In this document: positions 13,626-30,703 of the stretch, piece by piece
Layout: each line of letters starts with the position of its first letter
Numbering within the stretch: the stretch's first letter is position 1
Source of the DNA: the human T2T-CHM13v2.0 reference genome, Homo sapiens
NCBI RefSeq assembly: GCF_009914755.1
Contig: NC_060933.1
Length of the DNA stretch: 64,000 nt
Reading direction: 5' to 3' (one strand)
Position numbers and translations under genes: made by a program
The notes under the pieces: generated by a model
What the model was told of the DNA's origin: nothing
What the model saw: only the letters and a program-made list of their open reading frames with translations
Database searches by the model: none

Positions 13626-14893
13626 TACTCCTGTGAGATCAATACTAATATCTCAATTTGAGAAATGAAAAATTTGAGTCTCAGATGATTTAAGCAAAAT
13701 ACCCAAGGTTACATAGTTCTATGTAGCTGAGGTAGAACTTGAACCCAGATCTTTGTGGCTCCAAACACCATTTTCTTTCCAATTTGTCTCCTGTCAGTTA
13801 TCTACCTTTAATTAATATAAGTATTTATCTACCTTTAATTAATTACTATACATAATCATGAAATAAGCTGAATTATCTCTGCATTTTAAGATCTAGATAA
13901 AATGGGTTTATTACCACACTGGTGGAAAATCCCAGTAGCCCTCCTGCATTTATGTGAATTTCAGATTCCCTGACTCTGAATTGACAAGTTCTCTAAACTC
14001 TTTTTTCTCTTTGCAGCATCTAGAAACTTCTTACTTCCACATGAGGAATGCAATGTCATTTGTTGGATTTTCACATGACAACAAAAGAAAATAATAAACA
14101 AGACCTTGCTTGCATGGAAAATTCATTGCCTATTGTAGGAAAAGTCAGGGATGTCATTACATAGAGCAAAGAAAATAACAGAGGTTAATCAATGTTACTG
14201 CTAGCTTGCTCTTATATATACTTATTTTCATTTCTGATGCTTTTTTCCTCTCAAGGGTAAAAAAACAAACATCAAACCTCTATAAATCTCTCATGCAGGG
14301 CACCCAGCTTTCTGCAGCTCTGTCCTTCTTTGGTTTGTAATCCACACTTTTGAAGCCCTTCTAAGTGCATTCATAGACAAGGCCATCTCTCCCCTTGGCC
14401 TCTGACTGTGGGGCAGGGGGTAAAAAGTGGGAGGTGGGTTATATGCTTCTAGTTGGGTAAATGCTAAGCGTTTTTATGTGGGTTGCATTTTATTTTTGCT
14501 TTCTAACAAACATAATTGAACATTCAGAAAGGGTAAGTAACTTTCCAAAAGTTTCACAGATACTGAAAGATAAGTCAGGGTTCATACTTTGGTCTGTCTG
14601 ATCACAAGCCAGACTAAGATTTGAACTTCTCTGAGACTGTTTCCTCAAATTTAAAATCAGAATCATGTTATCTAATTCACTGGCTGAACCAAGCTCATTC
14701 CTCACCCATTTTTTATTGGTACTTCTTAAAGAATGTGGTCCTCACTCTCTAGGTTCCATGTTTTGAGCGTAAAATTCCTATCCCTGTACCCCAGGCAGAG
14801 AGGACTGGACCAGGCGTGGACCTCTGACCTACAAGATCCAAGGCATTATGTTTGCCTGGTTCATCACCTCCTTCAATTGTAGATGCTGCAGAT

Positions 14894-15324
14894 GCTGCCC
14901 TCTCTGTAGAGGTTTAAGTAAACAGGAAAGAATGTTTAATGAAAATAAGGGGAACAAAGAAACCATGTGGAGTAAAAGCAGAGATGACACATCAGGAGGC
15001 TACAAATGAACAATAAGTGAAACATTAGTTCCTGGACCTCAAACCTTCATGCCAGCATTCAGGAGGCTTCCTAGGCAAGGAAGTAAATTGGTGTGAGGTG
15101 ACTGAACTGCAAGATGAGGTGGAATTTCAACATTCAGGCTGCCCTCTCTGCAGAGGTTTAAGTAAACAGGAAAGAATGCTTAATGAAAATAAGGGGAACA
15201 AAGAAACTATGTGGAGTAAAAGCAGAGATGACACATCAGGAGGCCACAAATGAACAATAAGTGAAACATTAGTTCCTGGACCTCAAACCTTCATGCCAGC
15301 ATTCAGGAGGCTTCCTAGGCAAGG
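14894..15324. repeat. 187-bp direct repeat (14894-15080 and 15138-15324) with a 57-bp spacer
   Basis: Copies differ at 4 positions, all C/T; they lie in probable MLT1-derived sequence. Confidence 0.97.
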
Positions 15325-16066
15325 CCTGTCAGCTGTCCTATTTCTTCCACTAGATTTCTTTCTTTTGTTTTGTTTAAGCTAGTTTCAATGACAGGCAACT
15401 ATCTCTTGTAATGAAATGATCCTAAGATAAAGTGTTATTGTAAAGTTCAAATGTAATTAGATAAGGAAATGTGCGTACATGTGGTTAGCACATATCTAGA
15501 AAATGATGGTTATTAAAGAGTAACTGTTTGGTTACAATTACCTCAATCTTAGCACTATTAAAATTTCCCGGAGGTTAGCCTGCTTTTTTCAGGACAAGGA
15601 TTATAATATTCCACGAGATTCAAATTAGTCATATATTTTTAATTTGAAAAGAAAACTACAAAAGATGTTATAATTCAATGTAAGCACACTTTATAGCAAA
15701 TTTATTGTTTGATTTCATTTTCATGCTATATTAAAATTTTTTGTATCAGTGCTTGTCCAACATGGTACAATGGAAACAATCACATTGGAATAATCAAATT
15801 TTTAAATTACTTATAATATGCTCTTTCATTTTACCAGATTTTTTGAAACAAAAAATGAATATTGAAGAATATTCATAGTATCTATAGCTATTTTCTGTTC
15901 AGTTTCTGAAAGAATGAGGAATAGTAGCTTTTCAAAAGTTGGATTTTGGTTTTTGTTTAATTATAATATCATTCAAAGGACTAATAAAGACTAAAAGGAA
16001 CAATGACTTTATTGTAAAGATACATATAGACTGACTCTTCAAAGTAACCATGAGGAAGGCTGCACT

Positions 16067-16215
16067 GTGGCTATTTAAATGTAAATATATTTAAATCAAA
16101 CAAAACTAAAAATATAGTTTTTTAGTTACATGAGCCACATTTCAAGCGCTCAATATGTTGCTACCATATTGCATAGGTATGGAAGATTTCCTTCACCGCA
16201 GGAAGTTCTGTAAAG
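16067..16215. mobile_element. MER3/MER33-like hAT-Charlie fragment
   Basis: tgtggctatttaaat...agccacatttcaagcgctcaata...gctaccatattg. Confidence 0.7.
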
Positions 16216-16772
16216 CACTAGCTTTCTCCACATCTTTCTTTCTTTATTAGGCATTGTTTTCCATAAAATTTTCTACCTGCTATGACCACTCAAAGCTCTA
16301 CTTCCATCTCACCCATGGGCAAAATATGCGCTACAGTGGCCATTTACCTTTTTGTTAAAGTCACAGAAAGAATGTAGTAACACTCTTATTTTTTTTAATC
16401 CAACAACCTCTTTTAATTGTGAAACTGCTGCCTCTGACTACAAGCATGAGCAATTGACCAGGTCTAATCTCATCAACCATGGCTCCTTATATTCCTTACT
16501 CTAGTTGTGAGTCCAAGGGTAGGCATGGAATCGTATTAGGATCATAGATCCTCTATGAGATTATAATATTCCAATATTGGGGCAAGATAGGTCTCTCTTG
16601 CTTTTACTTGGAACAAGTGATCGATGGAGATGGCAGAGGCCATCTTGGCACCATAGGGAAAAGGCCTGCTTGAGAATGAAGCTAAGCAAATGCAAACAGT
16701 GCTGAGAGATGTGGCATTGTTCCTAAATCTCAACGTGTGAAAAAACCAATTCCTTTAGCTTGAATGTGGTTA

Positions 16773-17040
<268 letters not shown>

Positions 17041-17315
17041 GTCTGGTTAATATATGGGTATTTGTGCATTTTATGGCATTGTGTATTAAAAGATACATAT
17101 TTACAATACTACATTATTTAACTCTCTAAGTAGATTTCTATATAGTATAATACTGCCATTATGTTTTGTCTTTGACATTGCATATTGTCAATTTTATTCA
17201 GTTTATTTAGTGCATACTTTATGTAAGGTACTCTCATATTCGACAAAAATTCTTCTAATAAAATAAATGGACAAATCAAGAATGTATCAAAGAATATGAG
17301 TTCTGTCTTGATCAT

Positions 17316-18102
<787 letters not shown>

Positions 18103-19389
18103 TTATGATCATACAACTCATACTCCCAGCACTCAGTAAAGACAACTTATATTTCTGTCAGTCTTTCATATGCACAATTAGAAAATGATTAAAATAGTCT
18201 GATAATAGATTTCCCTGTTAAGTTCAGAAGCCCAGTATTCTTTCTTGGTTTTTAACTGGCATGCTACTTTTAATTTTATATTTATTTCTGTTAATGATGA
18301 ATATAGAGGCAATAAATACTACTTTTCTTTATATAGGATTGGATTACAATTAACTGATGAATTTAGGAAAGGACTTAAAGATTTATTTTTATCATCTTGT
18401 AATTTAAAACAAAACAACAGGGCTATAAACTCCAACTATGCAAGTAAATGTAAAGCTCAACTTCAAAAAATAAATGACTTGACAATGATGAAAAAGTAGA
18501 AAATGTTTGAGAAACTTTATAGAAATATCCTTTTACTTCAAAAACAGGAGAAATGTGTACTACAGGTAGGCCCCTACTTACAGACTCCTAATTATTCATA
18601 TGTGAATTCTCAGAAGGCAAGGGCTGGGGGTAATACTGCTTTTAATGAAAATCTGCTTTTATGAGTTTTCAGATGCCATAACCAAACTGACATTGTGTAC
18701 CGTTGTTCTCTGGGGAGCTTCATGCGCAGAATGAACTCATATGTTACATGACCTTGGGCCAAACAATATCTTAAAGAAGTAATCAGTATAACATTTCAGA
18801 AATTGAGGTGGCCAAAGTCGGTCCAGGAAAGTCTCTCAGGATTTGATATGCTGAGTGCAGGAGAATTCATTTTCCATTCAGAGAAAAGGTCGTACAAAGT
18901 ATTCATGTGCCTCAAGTGCTGAAAGCAATATAGAAGAAGAAAAATTGGGCTTAAACAAAATTTTAAAAAATCTGTCTTCATTTTCTCCCCCATGATCCTT
19001 TATATCTAGGAAGGCTATTACTGTGGAGAGGCCTTAATATGGACTATTTAGACCAGTCATTTGAACAAATGTCCTAACAACAGCAGAAAAACATGATCAG
19101 TGTTCTGCAGAATCTGGACTTGTAATCAAGTAGTCAGTGTTTAAGAGACAAGTTTAGGTCATGGAAATATACTGGAGCCAAAAATCAGAATTCTAGTTTT
19201 CGCTCCAGCACTGATTTGTTCAGCTATGAGTGATGTTTTCAGATAGATTTCTTTAGGGTAGGAAGCAATAATGTTATATGACTTGGAAAGGCTTGATGAA
19301 TATTACTGAGTAAATAGATGTTTGCTGATTGCTGTTGAACAGTGGATCAAATTATTAAAGAAAAGTTAGGATAGAAAAATCCAAATACA

Positions 19390-19751
<362 letters not shown>

Positions 19752-22553
19752 TTACAAAGCTGTTAAGATTATAGATACTGCATATTATAATATATACGTG
19801 TGGAATTTCTGGAACTGATATTGTTTTTGTTTAGGCAGTTGCCAGTTTGGCAACATTTTACATTTTCTGTAGTGAGTGAAAACAAATTATTTGATCTGTA
19901 ATTACTATTTTATGAAACATATTATTTGACTGTTAAATCATCAATTCTTTTGGAGCTGGCCAACAATGTACCAATTTATTTTTAGTAGTGCAGCCCATGA
20001 TAAAGAAAAGCAGAAAGCCACTAAGGACAAAAAGATTACTGAGAGCTCCTCCTCATTGTACTTAAATTTTGTTTAGGATGAGATAAATGGAAAAAGAGCT
20101 TCAGACTTTGAAGATCTAGAAATTTGGGCAAATTTTCCAAATGTTCGTGTGGATGAGTAAACTGTCACATTTCCAGAACGAAGAACATTGTTTTTTATTC
20201 TGCATGGAGTAGTATTAGGGAAAATGTTCAATTGAAAAAGTTACCATATAAGAATTATATCCAGAGTATCATATTTAATTGATTTTTTGCTTACGCAAAA
20301 AAAAAAAAATTCAATTATCAATGTTTTTGAGCAAAAATAAGGCAACAGGTCAGGCTCTAAAAATAAATATAAGACTATAAAAGATGCATGTCTTATATTC
20401 TACCATGGTAAATGGGGCAGTGGTAAAGGAGAATGCAGAGTCCTCCTTCTGGTATACAGAATTTATATTATTGCTTTATTATTGCCTCACACACATCAAC
20501 CCTTGAGGCAGAAAAGATGTGTTCATAGAAAGCAACTTACCAGTGACCGTGCCAGACATGTTCAAATATGCTTCACTATGACATGGTAAGAATACACTAA
20601 TATTAATGTAACATCGACAGGAATTCAGTAAAGATAGAAATCTGATAATAGTAACAACCATCATTAATTAATGAGTCCTTGTTATATACCAGGCACTGTG
20701 TTAGTGCTCTCTGTCTTTCTGTCTGTCTCTCTCTCTCAGAAACTATGCATATTCATATATATTTATATAAAATGATCATACAATTCCAGCAGCCACATAA
20801 AAGTTTGGAAACGTTTCCCCTTTTTTCTCTTTTTGAAGAAATGGGGAAACACAGGCACAGACAAATATGGAAACTTTGCAGCATTCATGCAGAGGATGCA
20901 GAATAGAGCCTGAATTAAAATGTTCCCTCGGATAGAAGAGGCTTTCTTTCTAGAAAGACTGTGTGGTGAAGGTCCTGGATTGTGACAAATATGTTATTTC
21001 CTCTAAACCCAGACTCCCTCCTCTTCAGGTGGTTTGAACCATCTTTCCTACCCCTAAACCTGTAGATTATGCCTCCCTCTCTCCCATCCTTACACTCCAC
21101 TCAAAAGGTAAGCTGCTCTCTTCGTTCTTTCTCTTAGTCCATTCTGCCTCCAAATGTCTCCACCATACTCTCTCTGGAACACCATTCCATTCTCATCAAC
21201 TCCCTCCACATCCTCTACCTTACACACCTTGACTTAAGTGAGCCTTCTATAAAGACACTGCCCACCTCCCACCTCCAGCAATTGCAAAGGGATGCTTCTC
21301 AGAGTTGGAGGCTTCTTGGGGTTGGGAGGAGAGGCCAGTGTTCTCCACCCTCAGTGCAGTTCCAGACCATTCCTCCTATGAAACAAACCCTTTCCCTTGA
21401 GGCTGACAACATCCAGCCATGTGACCCTGTACTTCTTTCTCACACTCTTTTGCTTTTACTGAAGACTTTGAAGCTTTTTCTCTAAGTTTCACCATCATTT
21501 TTGTATCTGGCACATAGTAGTTGCTAAATTATATTATTAAAAAATTCACAGTGATTATTCTTAATAAATTATGTGTGATACACTCACAATTCATGGTGAA
21601 ATGACCATGTATCTCGAGAAGAGAGTTGAAAAGGACAATGAGGACACCCCTTCCCATACTCCAAACTCTAAGTTGCATGATCTTGTCAGTCTCAGGATTG
21701 TCAGCCATCCACTCCCACAGCCAAATCCTAGACATGCTGGAGCTTCGAAATATTCGATTATAATATCACATACATACACACTTATTCCAAACTGCATTCC
21801 TCCAGCCATCACTCGTCACCTCCACTCTGCCTTTCTTCATTGTATTGTAAAGAATGAATTGGGTTAGTGTGACAGTCTTTATCAGTATTCCCATTACTCT
21901 ACTACTTTGTCTTCCTACTGTACCTCCTGTGGAAAAAAATTCCACATCATCATCCACCAGACCGTCTTCTGTTCTCCTCCTACACAAACAACTCTCCTAC
22001 AGATGAAGAAACTCATATAACTGCATTAAAAGTTCATTTGAAAGGCATAGTTGCCAAACTCAGTTGGAATACCACCTGGTATTTCTATATTTTCCTGGGC
22101 AACTTTCTCTTTCACTTCCCACAGAGCATATTTCAAACTTCTATTGTGCTTTAGTTTTCTTTATTACATCACCATATGAAAGTGTAATTCATTTATTCTG
22201 CACTTACTTACTAGACATCTGTTATGTGCCAGGCAAAGGGTGCTGGGTATTATGGTAGAAAAAAGTGTAACATTTGAGTTTGTTCCCTCTCACTTCTGCC
22301 TTCGTTCCTAAAAGCATTCACCTATCTCTGTGCCCACCTTGCCTAGGGGAAGATATATCTCCCTCCATGCCCAACCATTCTACCTGTACTCTGTTAGCTC
22401 AGCCATTACCTCAGTTAGCTTATCCCTCTCTCCTCTACCTGAAAATTCTCCATCCTACTGGCTCACTGCCCCAGCAGCACTTACACTTATTTATTTCTGT
22501 CCTATCTTTAACCAATCAATATGACCACTCTCAACCATTATGTTTGCTTCTAA

Positions 22554-23222
<669 letters not shown>

Positions 23223-23411
23223 TGAATGACATTATTTACTCCCTCAAATCCAAGTGCATATTTTATTTGTGTGAATCCCAATAAGTAAGTTCCTATGGAC
23301 AGAGGCTGTGCATGTTCGTTGTTTTAGTCCTGACACCTATCACAGCTGCCTGACAACCCAGTGCCCAGCAACACAGAAAAATGCACAGACTGAATAATAC
23401 AGGAAATTGTA

Positions 23412-24170
<759 letters not shown>

Positions 24171-24419
24171 GATTCTAGGTAGAATATAGGAGGCAGTGGC
24201 ACTGCATCACTCCCACTGCAACAAGTAGTTCAAAAAGTAAAGAAATTGGAAATGTAATCGTTTTAAAGATATCCGAGAGCTGTGGTGGCATAGATGATTA
24301 GATGGACTACAAGTGAAGTTGAGATGACTCCTATTTCCTTCACTGAGAGGCAAGGTTTCTGTTCAGACTTGCCCTAAGCTGAGGTGTTTCGCCAGGGGAA
24401 AGAGAAGACAATAGAGCTT

Positions 24420-25050
24420 ACTTTCTACGTAGCTTCATTGAGGTACGACTCATGCACCGTACAATTCACCCATATAAAATTTACAATTCAATATTTTTTA
24501 GTGTTTTAGAGATATGTGCAACCATCCCCACAGTCAACTTTTGAACATTTTTATCACCTCAGAAATAAAAGCCATGGCCGGGCGCAGTGGCTCACGCCAG
24601 TAATCCCAGCACTTTGGGAGGCCAAGGCGGGCAGATCACGAGGTCAGGAGTTTGAGATCAGCCTGGCCAATATGGTGAAACCCCGTCTCTACTAAAAATA
24701 CAAAAATTATCCAGGCATTGTGGCACACACCTGTAGTCCCAGCTACTTGGGAGGCTGAGGTAGGAGAATTGCTTGAACCCTGCACTCCAGCCTGGGTGAC
24801 AGGGCAAGACTCCATCTTAAGAAAAAAAAAGAAAGAAAAAAAAGCCACATGCTTCAGCTATTACTCCTTGTCTTCCTAAGCAGCAACTAGGCTTCTTTCT
24901 CCCAGTAGATTGTCCTATTGTGGACATTTCATATGAGTGGAGTCAATAATATGTGGTCTTTTGTTACTGACTTCTTTCAGTTAACATAATGTTTTCAGGG
25001 TTCTCCATGTTGTGGCATGTATCAGCTCCTCATTCCTTTTTTGTGAGTAA
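24420..25050 (-). mobile_element. L1M 3'UTR fragment interrupted by an Alu
   Basis: atgtgcaaccatc, ggacatttcatatga and gacttctttcagttaacataatg motifs. Confidence 0.75.
24576..24840 (+). mobile_element. AluS with a ~37-bp right-monomer deletion
   Basis: gcttgaaccc|tgcactccag junction at 24780; TSD aaaagcca. Confidence 0.93.
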
Positions 25051-26264
25051 ACAAAAAATAACAAAATTTAACATTTTAACCATTTTCAAGTGTACAGTAC
25101 AGTACTGTTAACTGTATGCAAGTTGTTGTGCAATAGGCCTCTGTAACTTTTTCATCTTGCCAAAGGGAAACTCTGTACCCGTGGAAAAACTCCCCATTTC
25201 CCCCTCTTCCCTAGCTCTGGTTGTCACATTCTACTTTCTGTTTCTATGAATTTGATTACTTTAGAAAACGTATACACAGGGAATCATGCAGCATTATTCC
25301 TTTTATGACTGGCATATTTCATGTAGCATAATGTGCTCAAGCCTTATCCGTGTTGTAGCATACGGTAAGATTTTCTTCTTTCTTTAGGCTGAATAATATT
25401 CCAGTGAATATATGGTTTATACATTAATGATTTGTCAGGAGATATTAGTGTTCTTCCAACTCTTGGCTATTGTGAGTAATACTGCAATAAAGATGGATGT
25501 GCAAATATCTTTTCAAAATCCTACTTTAAATTTTTTTGATATATACCCAGAAGTGGGATTGCTGGACTATATAGTAGTTCTGTTTTAAATTTTTTGAAGA
25601 ACCTCTGTTTTCCATAGTGGCTACACCATTTTACGTTGCCACCAACAGTGCACAAGGGTTTCAAGTTCTCTATATCCTTGCCAGTATTTCTTATTTTCTG
25701 TTTCTGTTTTGTCTTTTTGGATAGTGATCTAGCTAAGAGATGTGAGGTGACATCTCATTGTGGTTTTGATTTGCATTTCTCTGATTAGTGATATTGAACG
25801 TATTTTTATATGTTGGCCATATTGATGTCATCCTTAAAGAAACGTCTTTTCAAATACTTTGTTAATAGGGTTTTTTGTTTGTTTGTTTGTTTGTCTAGTT
25901 TTGATGTTGTTGAGTTGTAGGAATTCTCTATATGTTTGGATATTAACCCTCATCGGATACATGGTTTGCAAATATTTTCTTCTGTTCTGTACGTTGCCTT
26001 TTCACTCTCTTCATTATTTCCTTTCTGTGAAGAAGATCTGAAGTTTGATTTAGTTCCATTTGTATATTTTTGCTTTTATTTCCTCTGCCTTTGGTGTCAT
26101 GTCCAAGAAATCATTGCCAAATCCAAAAACATGAAGCTTCTCCCCTATATTTTTATCTTACTAGGTAATTTTATAATTTTATAAATTTTAGTTTTATAAA
26201 TATAATTTTATAAATTACAGTTCTATAATTTTAGGTCTTACATTTAGGTCATTAATCCATTTTG

Positions 26265-26551
26265 GTTTGTTTGTTGTTTTGAGACAGGGTCTCTCTCTGA
26301 CAACCAGGCTGGAGTGCAGTGGCATCATCACAGCTGACTGCAGCCTCAACCTTCTGGGCTCAAGCAATCCTCCTGCCTTACCCCCACCTCTCCCAGTAGG
26401 TGACACTACAGGGTGCGCGCCACCACACCCGGGGGAATTTTTACATTTTTTGTAGAGACGGGTTCGCAGTGTTGTCCAGGACTTGAGTGATCCTCCCACC
26501 TCAGCCTCCCAAAGTGGTGGGATTACAGGCGTGAGCCACTGCACCTAGCCG
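26265..26551 (-). mobile_element. AluJ
   Basis: gcagcctcaaccttctgggctcaagcaatcctcc; TSD ttaat(c/t)catt. Confidence 0.92.
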
Positions 26552-27294
26552 TTAATTCATTCTGAAGTGATTTTTATATGTAGGTACAGGAAGGTAAGGG
26601 TCTAACTTCATTATTTTACATGTGAATATCAAGTTTTCTCAGCACCATTTGTTGAAGACACTATCTTTTCCCCATTGTATAGTCTTGATGCCCTTATGGC
26701 AGATTATTTTACCATATGTGTGAGACTTTATTTCTGGGCTCTCTATTCTGGCCCATTGGTCTATATGTGTGTCTTTATTCCAGTATTATGCTATTTTGAT
26801 TACTGTAGCTTTACACTGTTTTTTGAACTTGAGAAGTGTGAGACCTCCAGATTTGTTTTTCTTTCTCATAACTGTCTTGACTATTTGGAATACTTTGAGA
26901 TTCCTAATGGATTTTGGATTTTTTTTCTGCTTCTGCAAAAAATTCCAATGAGATTTTTATATGGACTGCATTGAATCTGTAGATTTGGGGGTTAGAATGA
27001 ACACTGTAACCATATTCTTTTCCAATCCAGGAACATGGGATGTCTTTATATTTATTCGTGTCTTCATTAATTACTTTCAGCAATATTAAGAGTATTCAGT
27101 ATACAGGTCTTTTGCCTCTTTGGTTGGGTTTATTCCTAAGTATTTTATTATTTTTGATGCTCTTGTAAAGGGGATTTAAAAACATTTCCTTTTCTGATTA
27201 TTTATTCTTAGTGTCTAGAAATGCAACTGATTTTTGTGGGTTGATTTTGTTTCCTGCAACTTTACTGAATTAGTTTATTAGTTGTAACAGTTGT

Positions 27295-27329
<35 letters not shown>

Positions 27330-29757
27330 CCTTCAGGTTTTCTACATGTAAGATTATATCATCTGCAAACAGAGATAATTTTATTTCTTCCTTTCAAAAT
27401 TGAATGCTTTTTACTCCTTTTTCTTGTCTAATTGCTCTGACTAGAACTTTCAGTACTGTGTTGAATAGACGTGACAAGACTGGGCATGCTTGCCTTGTTT
27501 CTATTTGTAGAGGGAAAGCTTGAGTATGATGGTAGCTATGGGCATTACCTATAGGGCTTTTAATATGTTGATGTAATTTTCTTTTATTTCTATATTATTG
27601 AATTTTACATGAAAGGGTGCTGAATTTTATTAAATGCTTATTATTGCACTAATTGAGATGATCATGTGACTTTTTTACCTTTCTGTCAGTTAATATAGTG
27701 TATTGCATTGACTAATTTTTGTATGTTGAACCATCCTTGCATCCCAGGAATAAATACCACTTGGTCATAGTGTACTGCTGAATTAAGTTTATGATATTTT
27801 GTTGAGGATTTTTGCATCAATATTTAGCAAGATTATTGGTGTGTAGTCTTTTTGTGGTGTCCTTCTTTAGCATTGGTATTAAGGTAATACTGGCCTCATA
27901 AAATGAGTTTGAAAGTATTTTTTCTTCTGAAATTTTTCAGAAGAGTTTGAGAAAGAGTGATGCTAACTATTCTTTAAATGTTTGGTAAAACTCATCAGTG
28001 AAACCATCTAGTCCTGGGGCTTTTCTTCATTGGGAGATTTTTGATTACTAATTCAATCTCCTAAGTTATAGATGTGTTCAGATTTTAATTTATTCACAAT
28101 TCAGTCTTGGTAGGTAGTATATTTCTAAGAATTTATTTCTTCTAAGTTATCCAATGTACTGGAGTATTGTTCATAGTAGTCTCTCGTAATCTTTTTACTT
28201 CTGCGTCCTCATTTTTAATGTCTCATTTCTGATTTGTGTTACTTTAGACTTCTATTTTCTTACTTATTGAAAGAATTTGTTAATTTTTTTATTTTTTTAA
28301 AAAACTCTTATTTCATTGATTTTTCTATTTTTTTAATTTATTCTCTATTTCATTTATGTTTTCTGTAATCTATGACCTTCCTTTTGCTAACTGTAATCTA
28401 GGACCTTCCTTTTACTAACTTTGGATTTAGTTTGCTATTCTTTTTCTAGTTCTTTGAGATACAAAATTATCTCCAATTATTGATTGGGGATCTTCTTTTA
28501 AAAATACAAACATTTACTGCCACAGTTTTGGTGTGTTGTGTTTTCATTTTCATCTGCTTTAAAATACTGTTAAATAGTGATTTCTTGACTCATCAAGTTG
28601 TTCAAGAGTATACTGCTTAATTTCCATATCTTTGTGAATTTTCTGGTTCAGAGTTTTCTAGTCCAGATTTCTAGTTTCATGGTGATTAGAAAATATAGTT
28701 GGTTTTCTTTCAGTTTTTTTTTGAATTGTTAAAACTTGTTTTGTGTCCTAATATGTGTTCTGTCTTGGAGACTGTTTTATGTGCACCTGAGAAGAATGTG
28801 TATATTAACATAGGGTGGAATATTGTTTATATATCTATTAGATTCAATTCACTTTTAGTATTGTTCAAGTCCTTTATTTCCTTATTATTTTTCTTTCCGG
28901 TTGATCTATTTATTATTGAAAGAAGAGTATTGTAATCTCCTCCTATTTTTTTTTTAATCTAATTCTTCCTCCAGTTCTATCAATGTTTGCTTCATGTATT
29001 TGGGTGCTCTGCTGTTTGGTGCATATAGACTTATAAGTGTTGTACTGTGAATTGACACTTTCATCAATACGATGTGTATTGTTTTGCTCTTGTGACAGTT
29101 TTTAGCTTAATGTCTATTTTGTCTGATATATGTATGGGCACCCTTGCTATTTTGGTTACCTCTTGCATGGAATATATTTTTCTATTCCTTCATTTTCAGC
29201 CTGTGTGTGTTTTCAAAGCTAAGTGAATCTCTTGTAGATAGCATGCAATTGGATCTTTTTAAAATTGATTCTGCCACTCGGTCTTTTGACTGCGGAGTTT
29301 AATCCATTCACTCTTAAAGTAGTTATTGATGGGGAAGGACTTACTATTGCAATTTTGTTAATTGTTTTCAGTATGTCTTAGAGTTGTTTGTCCCTCTTTT
29401 CCTCTCTTGCTGCCTTTGTGTTTCATTGATTTTTTTTGTAGTGATATGCTTTGAGGACTTTCTTATTTTCTTTGGTATGTCTTCTATAGCAATTTTCCCT
29501 GTAAGTTACCATGGGGATTATATAAAACATCTTATAGCTATAACAATTTATTTAAACTAAAAATTTAATTCAATTGCATACAAAACCTCTACTCTTTTAC
29601 CTCCAATTCACCTTACATTATCAATGTCACAAATTATACTTTTAGTATTTTGTATCCATTAATATAATTTAATAATTATGGTTATTTTTATGCTTTTATT
29701 TATACCTGATTTAAAAATGATTTATGGACCACTATTGTAGTATGACAAGATTCTGCA

Positions 29758-30067
<310 letters not shown>

Positions 30068-30589
30068 TAGATTCTGCATTTGACTATATGTTTACCTTTA
30101 CCAGAGAGCCTTATACTTTTGTATGCTTTCAAGTTGGTATCTAGCTTTCTTTTATTTCAACTGAAAGGACTACCATTAGTAATTCTAGCAAGGTAGGTTA
30201 ATGGTGACGAACTTCTTCAGCTTTTGTTTATCTGGGAAGATCTTTATTTCTCCTTCATTTTTGAAGGGCAGATTTGCTGTCTATTCTTAGTTGGCAGTTT
30301 TCTTTCTCTTTCAGCCCTTTGAATATACTACCCCATTCCCTTTCAGTATGGAATGTTCCTGCTGATGAGTTTGCTGATAATCTTATGAGAGTTCTCTTGT
30401 ATATAAGTCACCTTTCTCTTGCTGCTTTCAAGATTGTCTGTCTTGGACTTTTGACTGATTATAATGTGTCATGGTGTTGGATCTTTAGGTTCATCTTAGA
30501 CAGAGTCCTTCAAGCTGCTGAAATTTGGTTGTCCATTTCCTTTTTCAGATTTGGGAAGTTTTCAGCCATTTCTTCAATAAGCTCTCTGC

Positions 30590-30703
30590 CACAGGCTACT
30601 CTTCGTTGTGCAATCTGTGGACCCAGTTGTCATCTGCCACCACTGTCTAGTTATCTTTTGACTGCCACAAGTGGACTCCAAAAAATCTCCAAAAGAAATT
30701 GTT
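30590..30703 (+). pseudogene. SDR42E1: SDR42E1 processed pseudogene, 5' piece (5'UTR and first ~11 codons, ATG mutated to GTG)
   Basis: 30671 encodes (M)DSKKSPKEIV, versus SDR42E1 MDPKRSQKESV; removing the L1 and one TSD joins it to VITGSG at 37268. Confidence 0.8.

Noticed and set aside
14894-15324. Repeat-spacer-repeat as a CRISPR-like array or mini LTR element
   Set aside because: Only two 187-bp units, no TG...CA ends, PBS or TSD, and a eukaryotic context
21571-21987. Overlapping 73-98 aa ORFs in unique sequence
   Set aside because: No recognisable homology or convincing splice signals; length compatible with chance
28363-28418. 28-bp tandem duplication in L1M (similar small ones at ~13798-13843 and ~48055-48088)
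   Set aside because: Ordinary slippage-scale duplications with no functional indication
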